Notes under the pieces: generated by a model | Database searches by the model: none | What the model was told of the DNA's origin: nothing | Seen by the model: the letters and a program-made list of their open reading frames with translations, nothing else | Source: Lama guanicoe | Lineage: Eukaryota | Assembly: GCA_013239625.1 (NCBI GenBank) | Contig: MU054212.1 | Location: 4,436,270-4,500,269, forward strand | Direction: 5' to 3' | DNA length: 64,000 bases | In this document: piece after piece, positions 51,862-64,000 of the stretch | Position numbering within the stretch: position 1 is the stretch's first letter | How the letters are laid out: every line of letters begins with the position of its first letter | Position numbers and translations under genes: made by a program

Positions 51862-53012
51862 AAGAGATTGCCCTGCAGCGTTCTCGTTTGTACCTACGTT
51901 GGCTGCCTTCTTAAGATTTCCATCATGTATTTACGTTATTGCCTTTCCACTTATAGAAGTTTCAAAGTACCCGGTTTTGGGGTAACTGACCTTAGAACCT
52001 CTCAAGGTAGCCAGTAACTCTCTGGCTGCAGCCTACTTTTACTTCATGGAGACAGACCATATCTATTCATAGTGGAATAAGAGAAGGAAAATTGACCAGA
52101 AAAATTAACCAAACCTAGTTCAAAACACTGTTCCAGTATTCTTATTCCAAATTTGTCTTATTATTTTTCATTGGCTAGTATTGGAGAAGGTAATCTATAA
52201 ATAACACAAGTCTTTATTTATAATATGTAACCAATCAGAAAGCAAAAGAATAAATATCTATAGTTGCAAGTCACCACTTGAAAAGTAAAATGTTATGTTT
52301 CTAGGATCATTGTCTATAGAGAATCGTAATGAGCATCTTACCTAAAGAAATAAACATATTTGTCTCATTAACTGGGTATATATGTATATTTATATGTATT
52401 GAGTGACAGAGAGCAAAAACACACAAACTCAATATGTATTTTCATATATAAACACATACAGACATATCTATGCACATTTTGTACATGTATGTGATACTTT
52501 ACATTGCAGTGAAGATATATTAGTGTGTGTATATATATGCACACATTTGTACATATGCACTTGTACGTCCATATTTTGTTTATGCTTAACTAATGAAACA
52601 GTTTAAATTAATGGTCTACAACATATAATCTATATGTGAAAATCCTTCAACTTCATGGGAAACTACAGAAGTTAGAATTTGCTAGGAGGGCTAAAAAAAA
52701 GGCAGGTGGGAATTGATACATGTGGACTTGGTCAATGTAAATTCTGCAGGGTGTACGTAAATTTTGTTGACCTAATGATTTTTGAAAACTGTTTCCAAGG
52801 CTGTTTGTGTCTCTTGTGGAAATCTAAATGGGATCTTACAGGAACTGGATTAAAAAATTGAGCTCTTGTCAAATATTGCCGGTCTCTGCTTTTTAATTTT
52901 TCTTCTCCCCTTGCCTTTAATACATAGTTAGCCTTCATAGGCCAGAAGTAGAACTCTCTAGCTAATATTTCTTTCTTCCTATTGTGCAAAGAAATTCGTC
53001 TTTAATGCTTAC

Positions 53013-53269
53013 ATGGTTATTTGAGTCTTGCTGTAGAGTGCTGTGCACTGCAGTTTTGCTTTGAAATGAATGATCTTTTCTTTGTTTCAAGGTAAACAAT
53101 TTTCTGCAGTGTTTTTGCTGCACATTGTTAGATGTCATCCTATTGCTTAGATGTAGAAGGGTTTTTTTTGAATCACTGCTGTGAACAACTGGCTGTTTGA
53201 TCAGCAATGCTTCCCTTTTTTTTTTTTTTTCTTCCTCCTTTTGTATTGGACTTAGTCCCTGTCTGTCCT
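53013..53269 (-). pseudogene. Myosin fossil exon, ILHLGN region (257 nt, phase 1-0)
   Basis: tcacag| ... |gtaagc. REALL..KTLLHLSN resembles REAM..AAILHLGN; 85 open codons. Confidence 0.6.
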
Positions 53270-53418
53270 CTGTGACACATCAGGATGTGACTAGCTGGTA
53301 CCACTCAGAGTGGAAGCAGTTTAATCTTTGTTACAAAAGGACCCTGTTTCTCAGAAGTCGCATAAACACCTTAGGAAGAATGGCTGATTAAACTGTTTCC
53401 ACCAGCAGTTCTACTTAC

Positions 53419-53585
53419 CTGACCACATGCTTTCTTGGTGCAGGCTATGAATTTTTTTCCCTTTCACTTTGGAGGGTATAATCGGGTTCAATTTCTTCCT
53501 GGATGTGCGCGCTTTGTTCTTTGAGCGTTTTTTATGGAAAGGGTGTATTTCAGTTGTTCGGGACTTATCTTTCAGTAGGAAAAAC
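53419..53585 (-). pseudogene. Myosin fossil exon, LLEKSR/NYHIFY region (167 nt, phase 2-1)
   Basis: ctag| ... ag|gtaagt. FFLLKDKSRTTEIHPFH...IHSLHQ resembles YLLEKSRV..NYHIFY...YHYLNQ; 55 open codons. Confidence 0.6.
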
Positions 53586-54997
53586 CTAGCTATTGTTCAG
53601 CATTTTAAGGAGCAGAGATGATACCTTAGCTTTAAAGTTCCAGTTGGAGCTTTGTCTTCTGGCCACTGAAGGAAATGATTGTATTTCACACATAGCACTT
53701 CACCTCCTTGTGGACAGTGGTTCCATCAAGAGTCGGTATACAGACCAAAGCTGGGGGAAGGATTTGGTAAGAAGTTGGTATGACCAGCTGAAAAACGCCG
53801 TACTCCCCTGCTGAGAGCCTACGCTAATTTACTGTACTTCTCCTGTAACTTGAGAGAAAAATGACAACTGATGTTCTTTAGGACGAGGTTTAAAGATGAT
53901 GAAGGGGATTGCAGTGACAACGAGTGTTCTACGAATACAAGGCACCGGTAGAATGAGAGGCGTGCAAAATATTTCTTTTTTTGGGACAAAGGTTAAGGTA
54001 GGGAGAAAATAAAATAAGTTCATTATTGTGAAAATTTGTGAAAATAGGTGTATTTTAGTCAATTTATGTGCATGGATAACTTGGAAAAAATTATACTCCT
54101 CTGATTAAGGATCAAATCTTTACATGTATTTCTAGCTATTTTGAGTACAATTTCATAGAACTCATAAATGAGATTTATATACTTGTGTTTAGAGATCGCT
54201 CAGCAAAATATAATGGTGTCTTAAATATATTTTTGCAAACACATAAACACTGAAGGTCAGATGCTTCCTTATTTAAAAACCAGAGCTAAAAAAATTCTGA
54301 GAAAGAGAGTATTTGAAAATGGAGAACATTTCAAATAGTTTGTACAATATTTGAATTACTCTGACTAATAAAGGAAATAAAGCTTTGTATAAAAATAAGA
54401 AAATAATGCATCATTATGAAAAATTCCTGTGTTTTCTTATTGGTTGTTTCCCACAAGAAAGATTTTTTTTGAAAACATCATGATAAAATTTTGGAGTAGA
54501 GATCATGAAAAGAGGACGTTGACAGAAACATGTCTGATTTGCAATTGAGATGCTGAACATTTAAAAGGACTTAAATATTTATAATGAGTACCTTTGTTAC
54601 AAGCGTGTGTGAAGATACTACTCTATTCTCTATACTTAATGTTCAATATGCTTAATGTACTCTGTTCAGCATCTTTTACCAGAAAATGACTCAGCATGTT
54701 CACATAGAAAACATCTGTCTTTAAATACACAATTGATTCAATGGTACCATGAGACTGTTTTGGCCAAAGACATTTCTTTTATTGATGACAAAAAAACAAA
54801 TTCTAGTTATAGGCAAAACATTTTCTTTTTCTTTGCCTTGTGCAGATGTTTATAATATTCCTTTAGATAACTGCTTTCTGTCAAATTGGCAGTTTTATGT
54901 GAAAGCTGCTTTGAAACAAAAATTAATTTGATTTTACTTCTTTGGATTTTGCACTCTCTCAATTGGTATTCCCCACTAGTCTGTTTTGATGTCTTAC

Positions 54998-55079
54998 CTA
55001 TGTTTTTGCACAATTTCTTTTTTTAGACATAATTCTTTGCCATGCCTCTCCATCACTGGGTTACTATTTGTTTTAATAT
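54998..55079 (-). pseudogene. Myosin fossil exon, switch I region (82 nt, phase 1-2)
   Basis: tgtag| ... |gtaaga. DIKTNSNPVMERHGKELCL resembles NAKT.RNDNSSRFGK; frame open. Confidence 0.55.
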
Positions 55080-55420
55080 CTACATTCATGGAGTACCAGC
55101 CATTTTTAGTAAATAAGTAGTAGGTAATGTGCTTCTACAAACTAAAGAATGCTATAGGTTTTTATTAGCTGTAGCTAAAAATTAGCTATCATTTATTAAT
55201 TTTATTAGCTATAGCTCATGTATCTAATTTATAAATCCCATGGGACAGCATACTACTTTTTCATTTGTAATACTCTTAGGCAAAATCATGTTTTCTGTAA
55301 TATTAGTAGATGAAATAGAGCTGATAGCTAGCTTGCTATATATAGTAAACTAGGAAATTAGACATTTTGAATCTGATAGGAGAAAAGAGAAGAAATACAC
55401 CTTCACACTTGGTACCTTAC

Positions 55421-55504
55421 CCTTTTTCTCTACCAGTTTATCTACTTGTTGTTTTGGGTTCTGTCACTTTATTTTTGGTAACTACTGAAAGTCCAGACAC
55501 AAAG
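55421..55504 (-). pseudogene. Myosin fossil exon (84 nt, phase 1-1)
   Basis: tctcctag| acceptor, |gtaagg donor. Reads LCLDFQ*LPKIK*QNPKQQVDKLVEKK with two stops; phase matches the next exon. Confidence 0.5.
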
Positions 55505-55864
55505 CTAGGAGAGATATTAAAAATTACTGGGGCAATGATTCTCTTTGATTAAGTATAGTGTATTATTAGTTATACATTTACATGGGTGGGGTCACTGAAA
55601 GAATGGGTAGTAAAGAATTTCTCATTGTAACCAAATTAGCAAAGTCAATTACTAGGAGCTATTACTTAAATTTAGCTTATTATAGAGTAAACTACTTCTA
55701 ATAACACTCATTAGATGCAGAATTTTTAGACAGTATATGAAATTGTGTTTTCACTAACCTGACTTGAATGATAAATACTTTTTATCTAACATCAAGTCTC
55801 TGTCTAAGGGAAATTATCATTTTAATTATCACTTGTAATTCAGATTCTTTGAAGGCCATCCCTT

Positions 55865-58050
55865 TTCGTTAATTAAACTTTTTATTCTGAGGTAACTGTA
55901 GATTCACATCCAACTGTGTGAAATAAGGCAGATTTCATGTGTCCTTTACCGAGTTACCTCCACTGGTAATATCTCGTGAAACTTGAGTACAGTATCACGA
56001 CATTGATGCAGTAAAGATACACAACACTGCCATCAGTGCAACAATCCTTCTTGTTGCCCCTTTACACCCCCAGCCACCCCTAGCCTTAAGCACTGGCAAT
56101 CACTAACCTGTTCTCCATCTCTGTAAATGTGTCATTTCCAAAATGTTAAATGGAATCCTACAGTGTGAGAGATTTGGGGGATGGCTTTTTTCACTCAGTA
56201 TAGTTTGTTGCAGATTTATCCAGGTTGTTGCATTAACATAAGTTTTCATTTTTCTGGGATAAATGCCCAGCACTGTACTTGTTGGCGCATATGAGAGTTG
56301 CATGCTTAATTGTTAAGCAGCTGCCAGACTATTTTTCACAGTGACTGTACCATTTTACATCACCGCCAGTAATGGATGAGTGATACGCTTTCTCTGCATT
56401 CTCACCAGCGTTTGGTGTTACCCTTGTTGTTTACCTGAACCATTCTGATAGGGGCGTAGTCATGTCTCATTGAGGTTTTAATTTGAATTTCTCTAATGGC
56501 CCATGATGTTAAACATCCTTTCATGTGCTGTATATCCTCTTCAGTGAAATGCCTCTTCATGTCTTTGTCCTTTATCTAACTGGATTTTTTTTTTTAATGT
56601 TGAGTTTTGAGAGCTCTTTATATATGCTGGATACATGTCCTGTGTTGAATGTGTGACTTGCAGACATTTTCTCCCACTCTGTAGCTTGTCTTTTCATCTT
56701 CTTTACAGGGTCTTTTGTGGAACAAAATATTTTAGTTTTGATGAAGTCCCATTTATCTTTTTTTTTCCTTTTTAATGGATCATATTTTGGTGTCAAGTTT
56801 GAGAATTCTTTGCCTCACACTAGATCTCATTGATCTTCCCTTATAATCTAAGAATTTTGTAGCCTTATGAGTTACCTCTTGAGTTAACTTTTGTATGAGG
56901 TGAAGGTTTATTTTTTTGTCTTTAGTTTTGTTTTCACTTAAAGAAGCTCAATGTCTCAATATCATTTTTTGAAAAGTCTACTCTTTCTCTGTTGAATTGG
57001 TTTTGCGCTTTTGTTAAAAATAAATTGGGCACATTTCTGTGTCTTAAATCTGAGTTGTCTTTTCTGTTCCATTGATCTGCGCTTATCCCTCACCAGTACC
57101 ACACAGTTTTAAATCCTGTAGTTACATAATAAGTTTTGAAATTAGGTAGCTTCCTCCCTGTATTATTGTTTTTCAAAATTGTTTAAGCTATCCTGGTTCA
57201 TTTGCTTTTCCACACATATTTTAGAATAATCTTGTCTATATCTACAAAAAATATTGCTTAGATTTTGATAGGAGTTTTGTGAAAATGTTTACCCATTTGT
57301 GGAGAATTGGCATCTTTACTGTGTTAGTTTCCAGTCCTTAAAAACACAGTGTCTCTCTCCATTTATTTAGTTAATCTTTAATTTATTTCATCAATATCTT
57401 ACGGTTTTTAGCATACAAATTTTGTATGTGTTTTGTTACATCTCCATTTGTTTCTCTCTTTTTTTAGAAGTTATAAATGGCATCACATTTTACTTTGGTG
57501 CCATGTTTATTACTAGCATATGCAGGACATAATTGATTTATATGTTGATCTTGTATCCTGTAACATTGCTGAACACAGTTATTAATTCTAGGATTTCTTT
57601 TTCCCTTAGGTTTCTTAGAAATTCCTACGTAGGCAATCATGTCATATGAAATTATTTACTTTTCTTGCCTCTGCAAAACCTTCCATTACTATATTGAATG
57701 AGATGAATGCGAATAGACATCCTTGCAGTATTCCTGTTCTTGGAGGAAAAGCATTCAGTCTTTTTTCTTCAAATATTTGGTAGTCTTCTCCATCGAAACC
57801 ATCTGGGCTCTTGGTTGTTTCTTTTTTCTGGAGCTTTTAATTGATGAATTCAATTTCCTTGATAGTTACTGATCTATTCAAAAAACATCTATTTCATATT
57901 GGGTGGGTTTTGATGGTTTGTGCTTTAAAGGAATTGATCCGTCTCGTCTAAGTTCTCCAAAATATGTGTGTAGAGTTGTGCAGAGTATCGCCTCATTTCC
58001 TTTTTGATGTCTGTGAGGCTACAGTGATATGCTCTTTTTTCCTGATATTA
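55865..58050 (-). mobile_element. Old L1 3' portion
   Basis: Minus-strand ORF KWDFIKTKIFCSTKDPVKKMKRQATEWEK (L1 ORF2 C-terminal region). Confidence 0.9.
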
Positions 58051-58374
58051 CTAATAGTTTGATACCTTCCTTTCAGGTCTCTATGGTTCTTGGTGTGACA
58101 AATAATTTTCTATAAAAACTTGAAATTTGGTTTTATGTAATATATAATAATTTTTAATTAGACTCTTGATTTTATTTAAAACTTTATTTTATTTAGCTTG
58201 CTCTTACTTTTTCTTGCCGAGGAAGGCTGGAAGACTATCTCACAGCAGCATTATGAGGTAGCTTTTATTCTCACTTTACAGGTAAGAAAAATGAGGCATA
58301 GAGAAAGTAAATTAACTTTCCAAGGTCATACAATCGGTAAGTGGTACATAAGCTGTAGAGAAGTTTTCTTTTTC

Positions 58375-58752
58375 TCCTAGAAACAAGATCAGAGTCCACC
58401 AGGATGCTGACTCTTGTTAATACAAAAATATGTTTTATTGGAAAGATGGTCTTAATCACAGAAATCAGGACTCAAGAGGAGGCAGAAGAACTCACCAGAA
58501 CACAAGGGACTTGGCTCGCTTGGGAAAGTCTTCAGATGCCCCTTGTTTTGCCCCCATGAGTCTTCACTCACGAAGTCTGTCCAGGAGGGTAGATGGGTCT
58601 AGCTTGGCTCACGTGCCTATTCCTGGGCTGCTGGTTGGGATGGGGAGACAGGGTAGAAGTCTGTCAATTAAAAACCTCACTGTAAATGCCTAGAGCTGGA
58701 GGAGCAGAGTTCCACAAGGGAATGCTTCAGGGACACGTACATTTTCTATACA
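58375..58752 (-). mobile_element. Probable old MLT1-type LTR
   Basis: tgttttattggaaagat..agcttggctcacgtgcctattcctgg. Confidence 0.5.
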
Positions 58753-59060
58753 TTTGAGACTGCTCTCTTGGGAGGAAGGCCGCAAGAATCAGGCAACAGC
58801 GGGCCGTGTAAATTCACTACCACTGTAACGACGGGATTGATTTCCTGCTGGAGCCTGGGCACCGTATCTGCTTTGGAGATTACTTGAAGGCACTTCGAAG
58901 TATATTCTGCTAGTAACTTTCCACCTAGGATACATTTTAAGTGGCTTTTACTCTTTCTGTCTTGAATCAAATCAAAGAGATGGCTCTGAACAGAAGTATA
59001 CTCCAGAGAGTTTGAAGGATCCAAATATTGGTTTTCACTCAGTCAAACATGGGACTTTTG
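58750..59060 (-). pseudogene. Myosin fossil exon(s): start of motor domain to P-loop region
   Basis: LDPSNSLEYTSVQSHL..DRKSKSHLKCIL..KLLAEYT..DTVPRL..VVVNLHG lies positionally over DL..L..L.E.SVL.HL..D.IYT.IG.IL..L.IY..PPH..IVISGESG. GESGAGKT itself is destroyed and boundaries are uncertain. Confidence 0.4.
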
Positions 59061-59266
59061 AATGGACACACCTTCTAGTAACCTCAGTCAGTGCACAGAA
59101 GTTAAAAATTGTGAAAAGAACTGAATGCTCAATTCAATTATTGTGAGATTGGTGTCATCTGTTTTAATAATGTTGGCATGCCTTTTATTTGAATTACTTT
59201 GATATTTAGTGCCTTAAGAAAGACCTTGAATTTCAAGATTAGCTTCTGAAAGAAGTGTTTTGTATA

Positions 59267-59390
59267 TAGCGGGATTTCTCAACCTTGGCACTATTGATAT
59301 TTTGAAATTGACAATTCTTTGCTCAGTGTACAGAGTTTGTCCTGTATACCGGAATCCCCAGCCTCTCCTCATTAAATGCTGTAGTAAGCC
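59267..59390. mobile_element. MER20 hAT fragment
   Basis: tttctcaaccttggcactattgatatttt..aattcttt. Confidence 0.75.
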
Positions 59391-60071
59391 TCCAGCTTAT
59401 TTTCATAGTGCGTAGTTTCAGTGGCATTGCAGATTTTTAGGTTTTGCTCTAAACCTTTTAACCACAAATAACTTTTCGGCAGTTTATGCCCTGCTTATTC
59501 TAGTTTTCACCTGTTCTAATGGTTATGGGAGCATATTGTCATTCATTTTTAAAATGTGACCACAGGTGTACTACCATGCAATTACACCTACAGTAGGAGT
59601 CAGGGAATCCGAGTTCTAGTTCTGATTCTCAAAGCAAGTTATTGTAGAATATAGGAAGTCCCTATGGGCCTAAAGTTTATTATTTGAACAAATGAAGGTA
59701 TTTAGCCACTTTATTGATAAAATTATCCCATGTCTCTGAAGGTTTAATTTAATTTTAATTATAAACTGTCCACAGTAACTTAAATTATAGGTGGAAAGGC
59801 ATATTGAGAAAATAAGTTCAAATATGACATTTTTATATGAATGAATTTATATATAAAAATATGAAAGTGAAATCAAAGGCCAAATTTAAATTTAAAAATC
59901 AAATTAAAGAGTTAATATAGATCTAAATATTTAAGAGAACAGTTTCAGAGAAAGCTTTAGTTTCTAAAACGAATTTAACTCTGAGAAAATTTAACATAGA
60001 GAAGAACGGTAGTACTTCTAAATAAAAATCTGCGGGTTTTTCCTTCTTTTTTCTTGTCCTTCTGCTGACCG

Positions 60072-60622
60072 TGTTGAAGGTTACCTGAGCCGCAAGCTCT
60101 GGAAAGCCATGATGGTTAAGAAGCTCTTGTAATTGAAGATCCTGCTTTCTGTGTTATGGGAAAGAGCTTCCGTCAAAGAGCCACCCTTCCACACAGGAGC
60201 AGAAGGCGACCTGCTGTCCGCACTTCCTCGTGACTCGTGACTCCTGTCCGAATCCCAGAGGGCTCCCCTGCTGACTTGTAACAAGGCAAACAGATCTCTC
60301 CCCTTCTTTGCTGACAAAGCCAGACCCAGACCCTCGTGCTTCCCATTCCTTGTCTCATGCATGGTTAGCTGAGATCAGAAGAGTTTGTCCCTTTTGAAAC
60401 CAGCTCGGCGCTGGGATAAACATTTCCGTTTTAGCTAACTGACTGAGATTTCCCTGGTTGTGCGACAATCACACCTTCAAATCACCCCACTTGGAACTTG
60501 TCCGCTGTCCCTGTAAAAGTCTAAGGCAGAACTGCACCGCTCAGACACTGATGTTTGGATCTCCCTGTTGTAATAGACTGAATAAAATCAGTCTCCTTAC
60601 TTGTTTGGTTTTTGTCTTTGAC
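60072..60622 (+). mobile_element. ERV1-type solo LTR
   Basis: TG start; gaataaaatc..tttgtctttgac end. Confidence 0.65.
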
Positions 60623-63600
60623 CCTGCCTTCCTTTCTCTTTCCTTTCCTCCCTCTGCTTCTCTTTTTCCTTTCTCTTTACTTTATACTAGATCCACCGGA
60701 TTTTTCTGATTTTATCAAGGTGAGGCTTGAAACCCTGAGATGACACTTCCTTTGCCCTGCTAAGTAGTAAGAATGATGAGGAGCAGATGGGCATGTGTCT
60801 ACCAAGATGAGAAAAGAAAAGATTAATTGCATACTAAAAAGATAATGCTACTGAGCTGAATAGCATTTTAAGGACCACATAGCACCCAGTTATGATAGAA
60901 GAGTTTAGTTTGGATCCATTATTAGGAAAGCTTGGATTTGAGATTCCTGATTATACATCCCTCATAATAGTTGAAGTTCAAAGTTGTCAACTTAAATAAA
61001 AATATATATGTGATTGTGTGTGACTGTGTGTCTCTGTGTGTTTGATACATATCTGTTTCTGACTGTAAGGTCCCTCAGATTAAAGAGGCCCAAAATGGGG
61101 CAACTTAAAAGCTGTGTGTGTCTGTCTGTCTGTGTGAATTTTAATTTGTTTCCACTGAATTTGAAATAATATAATCCTCTATATATGTGCGTGTGTAGAA
61201 TGCACACAATCATACATAAAGTATATTACTCCTTTATCAAATTGAGGGGCAAATCAATATATTAAAATTTTAAAGATGGTTTCCGTTTTAAAGCAGTTTC
61301 TCTAGAATTATTCATTTCTATTCCTTTAATCTATGTAGGTAATCCATTGCAAAAGAAATGCTGATTCAAATAGTTACTAGAATTCTTGTTTTTTTTTTTC
61401 CCCTAAATTTTACTATCCACGTGCTACAGTTCTACAAGTACTTTTACCTCTAAAAGGTGTACAGATAGGCAAATCTCAGAAGCTGTCATTTGGACTGGCA
61501 GCAGAAAGATGTAAATATTTCTATACTTCTCATTTATAAAGGAACCCCGCTCCTTCTGGTGCAGGGCCATTACTCTAAGTGATGAGGTTCAAGGCTCTAC
61601 ACAGCATGCTTTCTTGGATCAACACCAGAGCTTCAATTCCAGCACATCTTAGACTGTATTTTTGATGAATAAATTACCAAACTAATGAGACACACTAAGA
61701 GGTTAAGGATTGATCAAGTACTTAATCTTTTTAATGAAGGACACAGCATGAGACACATTCTTCCAAATAGATACGATAAACAATCTTCTAAAGCCTAATT
61801 AGAATAAAAATACAAAGAAAGGTGCAAAGTCTTAGAATTTGTTTACCGGTAATAACTTAGCATCTTCTGCAACGGTGGGAAAGCTTTAAGTTATCAAACC
61901 ACCTTATTTATATTTGAATCAAGTGAGTCCCAGAGGTTCACCAAGATAAAACAATGGTATTATAATATAGAATTTTAATATGTCTTGATGTCTTCTGGGT
62001 CCATGAAAATTGTTTCAGAATATGGTTTTGGATTTTTTTTTTTTCTGTAGAACTTGCTGGACCTTGAGAAGATTCAGCAAATATCTGGGAAATCTTATAA
62101 GAACACACTTACTGTGTGTATTTGTGAGGCATTTGTGGCCTGGATTTAACCTTTTGGGTGTCAATTTTTCTTTGATGTAATTTAGGATTTAATCAAGTTT
62201 TTGATTTCTAATTTATTTTAGTCTGGATATGAAAAATAGCTAGTATACTTTTAGTGGGAGATTTAGTGAAAACTGCCAGTAACAAATCAAATTGCGTTTC
62301 ATGACAAATTGTTATTTAAAAAAAAATAACAAGGGATCACGTGATCCATTGATCCAAGCAACCCATCTGGACTTTAAAAATACAGCAAAAAGAGGTGCCA
62401 CTTAGGAAGACGGAATCTAAGTAAGAGCCTAACATTTGAGTGCGTGATGCACTTGCTATATAATGCTTCTCTTCTCAAGTGGTTGAAGTATAAACGATTA
62501 ATTATTATTCATCATTATTACTGATTGATTATAGCAAAACACTGTTATACAGTATGCACTGGAGTAATATACCCCTTCATTCTCTAAATCTCACACCATC
62601 TGCTTGAGTTGAATATTTAGAGTGTATTGCTAACTGCATCTACTCCAGATATCACCACAGTACTTAACAAAGCACAATTGTGCGATTCCGTTTCCCTTCC
62701 ACAGACTATGAAATCTGTTGTAAATCTTTCTAACAAAGGGCTGTGTCCTGATTGTGACATCAGTAAGCGAGGTTTTACTCCTTACTGATAAAGAACAGCT
62801 GAGCTATACCATCCTGAAGGTAACAAAAACAGGGAAATTAAACTCAATTGGACATATCCAAAGTTGTACTAATCTCGAACACAAATTTTAAATAGGCTTC
62901 TTTATAAAAAATCGTATCTCTATCCAGTAAAACTTAAATCACTGATTAACATGGAATCTCAATGGGGTGATTCCAGGGAAAAAAGGACAATTTCCAAAAG
63001 AGATAATGGCAGTGTGTCCTTGCTGAGACATCTGTCCTACCCGGAGGTCATCAGGTGCTTAGAAAGCATAGAATCTCCTCTTAGGAGAAAGATGAACCTC
63101 TTTAATACAGTTAAAAACATAATTCATATTTCTGATTGTCTTGAAACAACCAATATTTTTGCCCCATAGACAAGTATTTGATTCTCATGTAAACTAATTT
63201 GTTTCCATGGTGAATAATTCATACTCTGGGACACCAAATCTGCTTTAGGGAATCACTTTTTTGTTTATGACTTTGTGTTTTAGAAGAGTTTTGTTATAAC
63301 TATGAATCAGTTTATTTCCTTAGAATTCTCGAATTCCAGCAATTACTTTTAGAATAAATTTGTTTTCAAACTGTGTTCCACAAAGTGCTAGTGATTCAGT
63401 GAGGACCATGACGGGCTGCCTAAGACGGCTGGACCAACAGCCGTTCTGCCCCAACAGCCGTCCTGCCCCAGCCCACACTGGGCTGCCAAGGCAGACTCTA
63501 TTTAAACATAAAAAAGAGAGAAAAAAACCAAAACCAGAATCCAAAATCTTCAAAGTCCCTGAGTTAGAATAACAAACAGAGGAAAAGTCATGCTATAACA

Positions 63601-64000
63601 TACATTCATTTCAGTATCTCAAATCATTTCTCTTTGGAAACATATGAATTTATTGGACAAGTTGTTAGGAAACCCGAGTGAAACATCTCATTTTGTATTT
63701 ATCCAATGTGTGAACTTTCAGGTTTAAGGCTTCACATCTGTGGAAAAAAAGGATGGATCAGCCAAATCCTCTCTAGCTTTGAAATAAAAATTTTTAATAA
63801 AATTAACTCTGATACAAACAAGTTGCATTTGTTCTTTGAGGGTTATATTTGAGCTCAATTTTCCTATACTATTAATAAATAATTACCTCACATGACACTT
63901 ACTGTTAGTCAACGTGAGAACAAATGTCTGTGTGCAACTTATTTGGATATTTATAAATACCCTCATGTTTGTTTCCAGTGAACAGTAATTGCATATTTGT

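Larger units (their letters stand above)
10081..59060 (-). pseudogene. Decayed intron-containing unconventional myosin gene (MYO3/MYO16-related motor + IQ + SH2; class XXVIII-like). The 5' end may extend further right.
   Basis: About 20 exon-like remnants with AG/GT boundaries. Degenerate myosin, IQ and SH2 motifs occur in colinear order, with multiple in-frame stops and frameshifts. By-eye comparison only. Confidence 0.65.

Noticed and set aside
58940..59030. SEA-domain-like reading (LDPSNSLEY..)
   Set aside because: No signal peptide, transmembrane or mucin context; position fits the myosin motor start better.
59400..64000. Possible 5' exons or promoter of the myosin fossil
   Set aside because: No block with convincing splice sites plus kinase, ankyrin or other N-terminal motifs was found.

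Overview
AT-rich, repeat-laden mammalian genomic DNA containing L1, L2, MIR, MaLR/ERV LTRs and hAT MITEs. One L1 3' UTR fragment looks camelid/cetartiodactyl-like, which is a weak inference. I see no intact protein-coding gene or RNA gene. The main signal is on the minus strand: unique-sequence blocks between ~59.1 kb and ~10.1 kb, most bounded by AG/GT splice sites and several phase-compatible. Their translations hit degenerate myosin motor motifs in canonical order: motor start/P-loop region, switch I, LLEKSR, ILHLGN, switch II, relay, LDEES/HYAG.V, KF..SL, FVRC, RKGFP, converter. IQ motifs and at least one HSH2D/SH2D7-type SH2 exon follow. Stops and frameshifts indicate a decayed, intron-containing pseudogene of an unconventional myosin. 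The architecture best matches class XXVIII (motor-IQ-SH2), which I recall being reported in fish, frog and chicken but not mammals. All homology calls are by-eye motif comparisons from memory, not computed alignments, and need confirmation.
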